Positions 48,282 through 57,641 of a stretch of DNA of 64,000 nt are shown here, piece after piece. How positions within the stretch are numbered: the first letter of the stretch is position 1; every line of letters starts with the position of its first letter. The DNA comes from Pseudomonadota bacterium (GTDB taxonomy: Bacteria > Pseudomonadota > Alphaproteobacteria > MPNO01 > UBA2964): contig JAYZBC010000051.1 in the NCBI GenBank assembly GCA_036339375.1, forward strand, positions 11,796-75,795, given 5' to 3'. The notes below the pieces were generated by a model. The model was not told where the DNA came from, searched no databases, and saw nothing but the letters and a program-made list of their open reading frames with translations. Both the position numbers and the translations under genes were made by a program.

Positions 48282-48977
48282 CTATTGAAGTTCGTATCCC
48301 ATTTCATAATGGAGAAAGATGCCATCAAAATAAAACCATCTCATTCTCGCACTTTCACGAGCATAATGTACCACTGCATCCTTCATTTCTTTGGTTGTAC
48401 AATGACGATCTAGCACTTCAAAACCTCTATCACTATGTTCTATATCAACTTCTGAATGCAGCCAAAAATGCTTAATGTCTTCTTCTTCATAATTGTAGTT
48501 CTCTCGGAGGGAAGGCAAAACACGGCTATAGAGACGGGGTGATTGAGATTCCGTTCCAATACGGAGAGCTGCAATTCCACAATACCATGGTTGTTCTTTG
48601 GCCACATTTTTCAACCATGCAGACCAAGAGCGTGTGGTTGGCAAACCTTCGGCCTTCCTGACATTCTTCAAGTTAGCCCCGTTGGCCTTGGCAAATTGTA
48701 AAACAATTTCAAGATGAGGTTCGTCTGGATCCTCTTCTTCATTTATATTCATTATCTCTAGTGCAACAACATCGTCCGGAGCTTTTGAACAAATATTAAA
48801 CGCTGCCTCCCTATGCATGGTTGAAATCCAATGATAATGCTCCACAGCCCAACCCATACAAGCATTTTTACCTAAATCACCCTCTACGAGTTTGTCCCAC
48901 ATCGGATGATCAGCACAATGGCGCTCATTTACAGCGGCTTCCAGCACCTTTCTCAAGGCTGATTTTGTTTTCTTCAT
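48282..48977 (-). CDS. Heme-oxygenase-like diiron oxidase (CADD/PqqC/TenA fold)
   Basis: NINEEE...PH, GTESQ and HSEVDIEH give the E/H/E/H/D/H diiron ligand pattern. Confidence 0.82.
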   Translation of the reverse strand: MKKTKSALRKVLEAAVNERHCADHPMWDKLVEGDLGKNACMGWAVEHYHWISTMHREAAFNICSKAPDDVVALEIMNINEEEDPDEPHLEIVLQFAKANGANLKNVRKAEGLPTTRSWSAWLKNVAKEQPWYCGIAALRIGTESQSPRLYSRVLPSLRENYNYEEEDIKHFWLHSEVDIEHSDRGFEVLDRHCTTKEMKDAVVHYARESARMRWFYFDGIFLHYEMGYELQ

Positions 48978-49306
48978 TTGATTTCTCCCATCACCCCTAA
49001 AAAAAAATTAGGTAATTGTATTAGCAAACGCCCTTTTTTCGCCGGTTGGCGTCAAAATTTATTTTCATTCTAACGAAGATGTTATGTCTTAGAGGTTTCG
49101 TTAACAACTATTGATTTAAAAACTTTTTAACATCGCACTACCAATTTTGGTTTACATAACCTCATAGAATTTTTGACCACCAACTATTTCCAGTCAATTT
49201 CCAATCGTTTATGTTATTTGCAATCAATTGAGTGAGCAATAAACCTAACCATGCTTGTTTATGACTTAATCCGTTTTGGATTGAGGAAAAAAATTAAATA
49301 TGAAAA

Positions 49307-50113
49307 ATGGCTCATACAAAACCATCCAGAAATCCGAATGTAGGGCTCTTTGTAACCTGCCTTGTTGATTTGTTCCGCCCATCGGTTGGTTTTGCGGCGG
49401 TTAAATTATTACAAGAAGCGGGTTGCCACATCGAAGTACCACTGAACCAAACTTGCTGTGGCCAACCAACCTATAATTCCGGCAACCAAAAAGATACGCG
49501 AATCATCGCGAGAAAAGTTATTGAAGCTTTCGAGAAATATGATTTCGTTGTTGTTCCCTCTGGTTCCTGTGCGGGTATGATAAAAATCCATTATCCAAAG
49601 TTATTTGTTAAAGATCCCGAAATGAAAGAAAGACTCGAACTACTAAAAAACAAGACATTCGAACTCACAAGCTTTCTAATTGATGTAATGGAATTGGAAA
49701 GTGTTGCTGATGAGAAACGGATTATCAAAAATAACAAGGTCACTTACCACGACTCTTGTTCTGGACTGAGAGAATTAAAAATCAAAAATCAGCCTCGTGA
49801 ATTGCTAAAAAATTTAAATAATTTAAACGTAACCGAATATGGCGGGGCTGAAGTTTGTTGTGGCTTCGGCGGTACTTTCTGCATTAAATATTCGGAAATC
49901 TCTGATCAAATTGTTCAAAAAAGCATTGATAACCTAGAAAAAACAGAGGCTGATTTGTTGTTGGGTGGGGACCTTGGGTGCCTAATGAATATACAAGGGA
50001 AGCTAAGTCGGCTTAACCAAAATAAGGCCGGTTTTCAAATGCAAGTTCGGCATGTAGCTGAAGTGCTCGCCGGACTAACAGAGAAACCCGCAATTGGAGA
50101 AAGTAAAGGTTAA
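49307..50113 (+). CDS. lutA: L-lactate utilisation protein A (CCG domain)
   Basis: FVTCLVD, QTCCGQP, SGSCAG, YHDSCSGLR, CCGFGGTF and DLGCLMNI. Confidence 0.92.
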   Translation: MAHTKPSRNPNVGLFVTCLVDLFRPSVGFAAVKLLQEAGCHIEVPLNQTCCGQPTYNSGNQKDTRIIARKVIEAFEKYDFVVVPSGSCAGMIKIHYPKLFVKDPEMKERLELLKNKTFELTSFLIDVMELESVADEKRIIKNNKVTYHDSCSGLRELKIKNQPRELLKNLNNLNVTEYGGAEVCCGFGGTFCIKYSEISDQIVQKSIDNLEKTEADLLLGGDLGCLMNIQGKLSRLNQNKAGFQMQVRHVAEVLAGLTEKPAIGESKG

Positions 50114-50116
50114 TCG

Positions 50117-51535
50117 TTGAAAGTAACGACTGCCAAATTTCCAGAAAACGTTAAAACTGCCATCAGCGATAAGCTGTTACAAGCTACTTTAACCCAACTT
50201 CAAACTGGTTTCGTTCTCAATAGAACGAAAGCAAGCGAAGGCTTAGATGAGTTTGAGAAATTACGTGACCAAGCTGCTAGCATCAAAAATCATACGCGAG
50301 CCAATCTCGATGCGTACTTAGAAATCTTTGAAAAGAACGTCTTTTTGAGTGGTGGACACGTTCATTGGTGTATTGATGATAATGAAGCGAGAGAGAAAAT
50401 TTTAGAAATTTGCCAGAAATTTGGGGCGAAAACAGTAACCAAAGGCAAATCAATGGTCGGTGAAGAAATAGAAATCAACCCTTTTCTAGAAAAAAACAAT
50501 ATTGAGCCAATAGAAACAGATTTAGGGGAATATATCCTTCAACTGCGAAATGAGGCACCAAGCCACTTAATTGCACCTGCAAGTCATGTGTCTAAGGATC
50601 AAATCACAGAGTTGTTTCGTAAAAGTCATACACAATTTCCGTTGGAGCGAGAGCTAGATAAACCGGGTGATCTTTTGGCAGAAGCCCGCAATACGCTTCG
50701 CACCAAGTTTCTTAATGCAGATATTGGAATTACCGGCGCAAATTTTCTAATTGCTGAAACGGGTTCAAGTGTCATCGTCACAAATGAGGGTAACGGTGAC
50801 CTTACTCAAACCCTACCGCAAGTCCATATTGTACTAGCGAGTATAGAAAAAGTTGTACCAACGTTAGAGGATGTAACCACCTTATTAAGGGTTCTCGCCC
50901 GAAGTGCGACTGGACAAGAAATGTCCTCCTATACAACTTTTTCAACAGGACCGAAACGGACTAACGATGCTGATGGCCCGAAAGAATTTCATGTTGTTTT
51001 GCTTGATAACGGCAGGACAGATTTACTCGCTGGGGAATTTGCAGAAATTCTAAATTGTATCCGTTGCGGCGCCTGTCTAAACCATTGCCCAGTCTACGGC
51101 GCAATAGGTGGCCACGCTTACGGTTGGGTTTATCCAGGACCAATGGGGTCAGTGTTAACACCGGGCCTTACCAGTATAGAAACAAGCCAACACCTCCCGC
51201 AAGCTTCTACCTTTTGCGGCAAATGTGAAGAGGTCTGCCCCGTCAGAATTCCTTTACCTGATTTACTTCGCCAATGGCGCAATCAAATATTTCAGAAACG
51301 TCTAACTGATCTTCATTCTCGCTGGGGGATGGGGATCTGGGCTTTTTTCGCCAAACGTCCATCAATTTATCAGTTTTCAGCCAATATGAAGATGCTTTTA
51401 TTAAGTATATTAGGTAGAAAAAAAGGCTACTTTCATTACCTACCCTTGGCTAAAGGATGGGTTCGTAATCGTAATTTTCCAGCACCAGAAGGACGTACTT
51501 TCCAAAAATTGTGGCGGAAAAAGAGAGCAAAATGA
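50117..51535 (+). CDS. lutB: L-lactate utilisation protein B (Fe-S)
   Basis: KGKSMVGEE, ETDLGEYI, TNEGNG, CIRCGACLNHCP and CGKCEEVCP. Confidence 0.93.
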   Translation: MKVTTAKFPENVKTAISDKLLQATLTQLQTGFVLNRTKASEGLDEFEKLRDQAASIKNHTRANLDAYLEIFEKNVFLSGGHVHWCIDDNEAREKILEICQKFGAKTVTKGKSMVGEEIEINPFLEKNNIEPIETDLGEYILQLRNEAPSHLIAPASHVSKDQITELFRKSHTQFPLERELDKPGDLLAEARNTLRTKFLNADIGITGANFLIAETGSSVIVTNEGNGDLTQTLPQVHIVLASIEKVVPTLEDVTTLLRVLARSATGQEMSSYTTFSTGPKRTNDADGPKEFHVVLLDNGRTDLLAGEFAEILNCIRCGACLNHCPVYGAIGGHAYGWVYPGPMGSVLTPGLTSIETSQHLPQASTFCGKCEEVCPVRIPLPDLLRQWRNQIFQKRLTDLHSRWGMGIWAFFAKRPSIYQFSANMKMLLLSILGRKKGYFHYLPLAKGWVRNRNFPAPEGRTFQKLWRKKRAK

Positions 51536-52230
51536 ATTCCCGTGAGATCATTTTCAGCAAGATAAACAAAGCGTTGGATAAAGGCCAACAAGAACATCGC
51601 AAAGAGATAGCTGAAGCACGAATTAAATTTCCACCGAAAAATCTAATACCCGCGCGCGGTCAAGGCTCAATTGAATGGAAAGTTAAATGTTTTCGGGAAT
51701 GGGCTGAATTGGTTTCCACTACCACCGAAATCGTTACGTCTTTAAATGAACTTCCGTTAGCCATTACCAACTATCTTAATACAAATAACTTACCGACATT
51801 TGTAAGGTCTTGTTCAAACCCTTTATTAAAAAAGGTTAATTGGAAGAGTCAGCCCGAATTAAATGTGTGTTCAGGTGCGGTACAAGAGACCGATCAGGTA
51901 GGGATGACTGTTGCCTTTGGTGGCGTCGCTGAAACCGGTACGATAATTGTGCACTCGGGTGAAGACTCCCCAACGGGTCTTAATTTTTTGCCAGAAACAA
52001 ATATTGTAATCCTCCCGATTTCTCGTTTAGCTGGCGATTATGAGACCGTTTGGAATTTAATCCGGAAAGAAATTGAAAACTTCCCAGAATCCACTATTCC
52101 AAGAGCTATCAATTGGGTCACCGGGCCCTCCAGAACGGCTGATATTGGTCAACAACTACAGTTGGGTATTCACGGACCCCGTCGTTTACATGTTATTTTA
52201 GTTAAAGAAACAGAACCAATTGGTTTTTAA
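51532..52230 (+). CDS. lutC: L-lactate utilisation protein C
   Basis: GVAETGT, FLPE and VTGPSRTADI...GIHGP. ATGA overlap with lutB. Confidence 0.9.
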   Translation: MNSREIIFSKINKALDKGQQEHRKEIAEARIKFPPKNLIPARGQGSIEWKVKCFREWAELVSTTTEIVTSLNELPLAITNYLNTNNLPTFVRSCSNPLLKKVNWKSQPELNVCSGAVQETDQVGMTVAFGGVAETGTIIVHSGEDSPTGLNFLPETNIVILPISRLAGDYETVWNLIRKEIENFPESTIPRAINWVTGPSRTADIGQQLQLGIHGPRRLHVILVKETEPIGF

Positions 52231-52366
52231 TTCTTTTATTTGTTAGAAACATTTTCAAATTTTTGTGAAAAAGAAAATTTCACATAAAATTGAATTGGAA
52301 ATAACAGTATTCGACACTCACACTTTTCTAAACATCCTCATTTTGGATAAGGCTTCGAGGTCCTTT

Positions 52367-53335
52367 TCAGTCACCTTCAATTCTGTAATATCGAGCAAAT
52401 TTCATGATTGGTTCATCGGTCATTCGAAAAACTACTGAATCTTCACTACTGCAATGTTCTATCCATTTCCAAACTGGAGCAGCGATAGTGTCACCCCGCT
52501 CCCATTCAAATTTTTCTCCTTCAATCGTAGTAATTCCTGCCCCTTGCATGATAACGAAAACATTATTGGTTGCTGAACGGTAACGACGGGTAGTTAAGCC
52601 GGAATCCCAACGGTGCACATAAAGACCCATCGTCGGCATACTTGGCGCATCCAACAAGATACTAGGCCCATAAAATTCTTCAATATCCGATTCGGCTTCC
52701 TCGAGTTCTTTTAAAGTGTCATCCCAGCTAAAACGATATGGAGACGTCTCCGTTACCACTTCCACTTCTTCAAAACCTTCTGGATGATCCTCGAAAAACA
52801 TCGGCTCTAATAAATGGTTCAAGGGAACATCAAGCCCATCAAACCAGTAAGCCGGCTCCTCACCATCGTGGCCATGTCCATGCCAACACCATCCTGGTGT
52901 AAGCAAAATATCCCCGGTTTCCATAGGGGTTTTTTCGCCATCTACTGTCGAATATGAGCCTTTACCATCAATTATTACACGTAAAGCGTGTGGGGCGTGT
53001 CGATGTGACCTTGCTTTTTCACCTGGTAAAATCATTTGATAGGCACTAACCAGCGTGCGTGTCGTAGCAATATCATTGGGCTCCACGGGATTTCTCATAA
53101 TCAGATTTCTTCTTTCAGCCAGCTCAGTGTTAATAAGTCTTCCCGCAATATCGAGGGCCTCCTTGCTTTGGCGGTAACGCCAATGCATGGGTCTAAAGTC
53201 AGTTGTGGGTTGAGAACGGAGAATTGGCGTATCGCGATCAATCCACCCAGCGGTCATGTCAACTTTACCAAGTTCATAGTATAGATCATCAAGCGTACCA
53301 ATATTAGGTTTAATCCCTTCCATTTTACTATTCAT
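52367..53335 (-). CDS. Gentisate/salicylate 1,2-dioxygenase-like bicupin (paralog of 34572)
   Basis: AERRNL, YQMILPGEKARSHRH, WHGH and TDEP. Confidence 0.88.
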   Translation of the reverse strand: MNSKMEGIKPNIGTLDDLYYELGKVDMTAGWIDRDTPILRSQPTTDFRPMHWRYRQSKEALDIAGRLINTELAERRNLIMRNPVEPNDIATTRTLVSAYQMILPGEKARSHRHAPHALRVIIDGKGSYSTVDGEKTPMETGDILLTPGWCWHGHGHDGEEPAYWFDGLDVPLNHLLEPMFFEDHPEGFEEVEVVTETSPYRFSWDDTLKELEEAESDIEEFYGPSILLDAPSMPTMGLYVHRWDSGLTTRRYRSATNNVFVIMQGAGITTIEGEKFEWERGDTIAAPVWKWIEHCSSEDSVVFRMTDEPIMKFARYYRIEGD

Positions 53336-53366
53336 GATTTCCTCCCAAAAAATCTAGAAGTGCACC

Positions 53367-54434
53367 TTACAAAAAGTTTGGAATAACCCGTTCACCAAAC
53401 AATTTCATCGAATTTTCTGCCTCAACCTTAGTAATTGTATGAAAATTCACCTGTAAAGAAAAAAATTCAAACCCCCCTACGATATCCATGTAATTCTGAA
53501 TTTGTTTATTAATGTCATCAGGTGTACCAGCCAAAATTGTGCCACTCTCCAGCAAACTCTCAAAGGAGCTTTCACGAAGCTTTTGCATGTGCTTATCGTA
53601 GTTGGGATAGTTTTCTGAAGCTTCGGTACCTTTTCCCCATCCTGAATCCGTTTCAAAGGCGCGTATTAAAGAAGCAAAATATTCGTTCACATTCGGTTCT
53701 GCAATTCGAAAAGCTTGACCTTGATCTTCGTGGCAAAACATATGAAATCCCATTGCAACGACACCTCTTCCCACATGCCCTCCTTCAGCCCAGGCTTCCC
53801 TATAGGCATCGAGAATTACCTTCATTTGTGGGCCAGCAAAGGCGACGAGCATAAGATTGTACCCATTAAGGCCTGCCCAACGCACAGAGTCGTGTGTACC
53901 AAGCGCTGCTATCCAAATTGGTGGCCTAGGTTTTTGAGTTGGACGGGGCAAAGATGTAACATTTTTAAATTGGTGGAATTTTCCTTCGAAAGAAACATTT
54001 TCTTCCTCAAGCAATCGGCACACAGCACCAAGTCCTTCCACAAATCGGGCACGGCTTTCATCCATCGACCGTCCAAGGCGATGAAACTCATGGGGTAAGA
54101 AGGCACGCCCGAATCCACAGTCTAAGCGACCATTAGATATCGCATCGAGCATCCCTATTTCGCCTGCAACTTTTAAGGGGTGATTAAATATTGGTAATAC
54201 AGCCCCCGTGAGGAATCGCGCTTTTTGGCTACGTTGCGATGCCGCTGAAAGAAAAATATGGGGAGCCGGACTATATCCTCCATAAGGTTCAAAATAATGT
54301 TCTACCGTTCTCACTTGAGTAAATCCGGTGGTATCACAAATGCTGACGAGATCTAAACATTCGTTCCAATACTGTTGACTGCTCTTCTCTTCAGGACCTA
54401 CGTCTGGGAAAAATTGTAGTCCAAATTCCATCAT
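53367..54434 (-). CDS. Luciferase-like (LLM) flavin-dependent monooxygenase
   Basis: EHYF..YGG, HPLKVAGE, LDAISNGRL, PTQKPRPPIWIA and GTPDD. Confidence 0.88.
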   Translation of the reverse strand: MMEFGLQFFPDVGPEEKSSQQYWNECLDLVSICDTTGFTQVRTVEHYFEPYGGYSPAPHIFLSAASQRSQKARFLTGAVLPIFNHPLKVAGEIGMLDAISNGRLDCGFGRAFLPHEFHRLGRSMDESRARFVEGLGAVCRLLEEENVSFEGKFHQFKNVTSLPRPTQKPRPPIWIAALGTHDSVRWAGLNGYNLMLVAFAGPQMKVILDAYREAWAEGGHVGRGVVAMGFHMFCHEDQGQAFRIAEPNVNEYFASLIRAFETDSGWGKGTEASENYPNYDKHMQKLRESSFESLLESGTILAGTPDDINKQIQNYMDIVGGFEFFSLQVNFHTITKVEAENSMKLFGERVIPNFL

Positions 54435-54740
54435 CAAATCTCTCAACAAAATAAAAGGCCAAGCGAAACGGGTAGAAAACTAATTGTATCAATAATTTAG
54501 TTACACATCAAAATCTTGATGCTTCCAAATTTGTTGGTACGAACGGAAACCGTAAAATTACATTTGATTTTAGATTCTGTAAAAAGTACACGACCCAGAG
54601 TTTTTCTTGGTTTAATATAATAAAAAGTCTAGTCAATTTTCAAACCTAAAATCGCAGTGCTATCGTCTCCCTTAGGTTGAAGCAAAAAACTTTATGACAG
54701 CACATTTTTGTGTCACTGTTTTGTTCGAAATAAGGCTATC

Positions 54741-55757
54741 ATGGTGAATAAAAAAATAACTGACCGAAGCAATTCCAAACGGCCGCTGATTATCGATTTT
54801 CACGGCCATATTGTAAGTCCATCATTATTTAAACTTACCCAAAAATTTTCTCTACACGCCCGTATCGGACTGGGCAAAAAAACCAGTTTAGGTAAAGTCA
54901 AAGAGTCTCAGGAAACTATGAAACGAATGGTTGACCCAAAGGTACGGTTACAAGATTTAGATAAAATGGGGGTCGACATCCAGGTGATTTCCCCAAGCCT
55001 AATCCACCACAACACAACGTCTTTAGACGGTGAAACAGCCGATACAATTGTACGACAAGTCAATGACCATGTTGCTGAATCGGTGGAAAAATACCCGGAC
55101 CGTCTTGTAGGAATTGGTATAGTGCCGCTTCAAAACCCCAAAAAATCAGCCCAAGAACTTGATCGAATGGTCAAAAAATTAGGGCTTAAGGGTGTCCAAA
55201 TTCCGACTATACTTAACGATGTCGAAATTGGGGATAAACACCTTCACCCATTCTGGCGCAAAGCTGAAAAACTTAATATTCCTGTCTTTATTCATCCAGC
55301 TGGTAACTCTAACCCAAGGCTAAGAAAATTCGGTCTAGCGTTCACTCTTGGCCAACCATACGAAGAAGCATTGGCTATGTCCTCTATAGTATACGAAGGA
55401 GTTTTAGATAAATTTCCAAACCTTAAAATCGTCATAGCACATGGCGGTGGTTTTCTACCGTACTACACTGGACGGCAGGATAGCGCTTTTCGTGAAAAAC
55501 GGGATGGCGCCAAACTTAAAGGAGATTTCAGCTCATATATCCGAAAGTTCTATTACGAAACAGTGGTGTTTAATCCGGACATGCTTGAATTTTTAGCAAC
55601 TAAAACCAGCAATCAACATATTTTAATGGGAACTGATTACCCTTTCGGAGAACGTGACCCTTATCGGTTCATAAGGCGGGCAAAAAAGCTATCCATTAAT
55701 GCCCAAAATGCAATTCTTGGCAGAAACGCTGCAAAATTGTTAGGCCTTAAAATTTGA
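54741..55757 (+). CDS. Amidohydrolase_2 family decarboxylase/hydratase (ACMSD/LigW-like)
   Basis: DFHGH, MGVDIQVIS, VFIHP, AHGGG, MGTDYP and GRNAAKL. ATG 54741. Confidence 0.88.
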   Translation: MVNKKITDRSNSKRPLIIDFHGHIVSPSLFKLTQKFSLHARIGLGKKTSLGKVKESQETMKRMVDPKVRLQDLDKMGVDIQVISPSLIHHNTTSLDGETADTIVRQVNDHVAESVEKYPDRLVGIGIVPLQNPKKSAQELDRMVKKLGLKGVQIPTILNDVEIGDKHLHPFWRKAEKLNIPVFIHPAGNSNPRLRKFGLAFTLGQPYEEALAMSSIVYEGVLDKFPNLKIVIAHGGGFLPYYTGRQDSAFREKRDGAKLKGDFSSYIRKFYYETVVFNPDMLEFLATKTSNQHILMGTDYPFGERDPYRFIRRAKKLSINAQNAILGRNAAKLLGLKI

Positions 55758-55855
55758 AAAACATTTTACACTTAAGCCTTTTAATACATTAGTTTATTAG
55801 AGTTTAGAGGCCATTAATTTATTAACATTTTGAAAAAAAGATAAAGTACAACCGC

Positions 55856-57589
55856 TTGAAAATATTCTATCCCTTAGTCTTCTTGGGTTTTTTGTGTTTA
55901 GAAAACAACCTGGTAGCGCAAAGTCATCAACCAGAATTTTCCTCCCGTATAACCCAAAAAAGTGCAGTTTTTTCCAAACATTTAATGATTGCCGTAGCCA
56001 ATCCTATTGCTGCGAATGTCGGTTATAAAATTCTTCGTCAAGGGGGTACTGCGATTGATGCGGCTATTGCCGCACAAATGGTTCTTGGACTAGTTGAGGG
56101 CCAAAGCTCTGGTATAGGAGGCGACGCAGCACTGCTTTATTGGAATGGTATTAAAAAAGAATTATTTGCAATTGATGGAAGAGTAAAAGCGCCTTCAAAT
56201 GTCAACGAAGAAATGTTTTATGACAATTTTGGCAAGAAAATGGGTAGAGACGAAGCTGGGTTTGGTGGTTTAGCTGTCGGTACTCCCACCCTACTCCGTG
56301 TACTGGAAAGAGCACATCAAAAATTCGGTTTCTTGCCTTGGAAAAGCCTTTTTGAACCTGCAATAAAATTGGCAATTAACGGGTTTTTCATCTCCCCTCG
56401 TCTTCACAAACAAATAAAAAAAAATAAACGAATCCGTAAAAATCATGCGGCATTAAAATATTTTTTTGATGGTGATGGGTATCCCCGGCCAGTAGGGTAC
56501 AAATTGGTCAACCTACCTTATGCCGAAACCCTTAAACGCGTTGGAAGAATGGGGACAAAAGGTTTTTACTCAGGCAACCTACCTAACAAAATTGCCAGGG
56601 CGGTTAAAAATTCATTAAAAAATCCTGGCTATCTTAATGCCGCTGATATTCGAAAATACCAACCAGAAACCGTCGATCCCATATGCTCTTTTTACAGGGG
56701 TTTCAAAGTGTGTGGCATGCCGCCCCCTAGTACTGGGGGGCTCACCATTGCCATGACACTAAAAATGTTGGAACGATTTGATCTCAAATCATTAGGTTTC
56801 AAAAAAGCGCAAGCGCACCACCTTTATATTGAAGCATATCGGCTGGCTCATGAAGACCGTACACGTTATATTGGCGATCCGAGGTTTTATAACATTCCAG
56901 TTTCTGGACTCCTAAACGCGGAATATTTGCGAAAACGGAGTCAATTGATAAAACCCTTTAAAAAGTCTCCCGTATACTCCGGTCATCCGCCAAATTTTGC
57001 TGACCGGAATTTAACCGGGGACAATTCTATGGAACCCCCTTCGACTACGCACCTGTCGATAGTCGACAAATATGGAAACGCTATATCTTTGACATCTTCT
57101 CTAGGGCGTGGTTTTGGAACAGGTGTTATGGTTGACGGTTTTTTGCTTAACAGCCAACTGCTTGGGTTTGGTTTTAACCCTATGAGCCAGGACAGGCCAA
57201 ATATTAACAGACCCGAAGCTAAAAAAAGACCACGGACTTCAAAATCCCCTACAATGGTTTTTAACGCGGATAGATCTTTGAAACTGATAATAGGCTCACC
57301 AGGGGGAGGACGGATAATCAATTACGTGGCACGTACAATCATTGCTGTTATCGATTGGAAATTGAATATACAAGATGCTATTTCTCTCCCCCATGTGGTT
57401 CCAAGAAGGGGAAGAGTTGAACTTGAAAGAGGAACAGCAGCAATACGTTTAAAAAATGAATTAGACAAAAGGGGCCACTGGGTAAAAACTCGTTCGCTCA
57501 CCAGTGGGCTGCATGGTATCCAAATAATTCCAAATGGTCTTATCGGTGGCGCAGACACTCGTCGTGAAGGGATTGCTTTAGGCGATTAA
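55856..57589 (+). CDS. Gamma-glutamyltransferase-family (Ntn) hydrolase, exported, with an atypical acyl-binding pocket
   Basis: Signal peptide, GGTAIDAAIA, STTHLSIVD (Thr nucleophile), GSPGG and GGAD.RREG. Confidence 0.9.
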   Translation: MKIFYPLVFLGFLCLENNLVAQSHQPEFSSRITQKSAVFSKHLMIAVANPIAANVGYKILRQGGTAIDAAIAAQMVLGLVEGQSSGIGGDAALLYWNGIKKELFAIDGRVKAPSNVNEEMFYDNFGKKMGRDEAGFGGLAVGTPTLLRVLERAHQKFGFLPWKSLFEPAIKLAINGFFISPRLHKQIKKNKRIRKNHAALKYFFDGDGYPRPVGYKLVNLPYAETLKRVGRMGTKGFYSGNLPNKIARAVKNSLKNPGYLNAADIRKYQPETVDPICSFYRGFKVCGMPPPSTGGLTIAMTLKMLERFDLKSLGFKKAQAHHLYIEAYRLAHEDRTRYIGDPRFYNIPVSGLLNAEYLRKRSQLIKPFKKSPVYSGHPPNFADRNLTGDNSMEPPSTTHLSIVDKYGNAISLTSSLGRGFGTGVMVDGFLLNSQLLGFGFNPMSQDRPNINRPEAKKRPRTSKSPTMVFNADRSLKLIIGSPGGGRIINYVARTIIAVIDWKLNIQDAISLPHVVPRRGRVELERGTAAIRLKNELDKRGHWVKTRSLTSGLHGIQIIPNGLIGGADTRREGIALGD

Positions 57590-57641
57590 ACCATCGTTTC
57601 ATCCTCTGACACATCTAAGGAATATAACAACTTTGTGAACG

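Noticed and set aside
48282-48977. PqqC, TenA or pABA synthase assignment
   Set aside because: No pqq or thiamine genes are nearby, and the CADD donor Tyr and Lys appear to be replaced.
52264-52284. AT-rich hairpin TGTGAAA...TTTCACA between convergent lutC and cupin genes (similar weak hairpin near 30342-30368)
   Set aside because: These stems are too weak and AT-rich to call terminators confidently.
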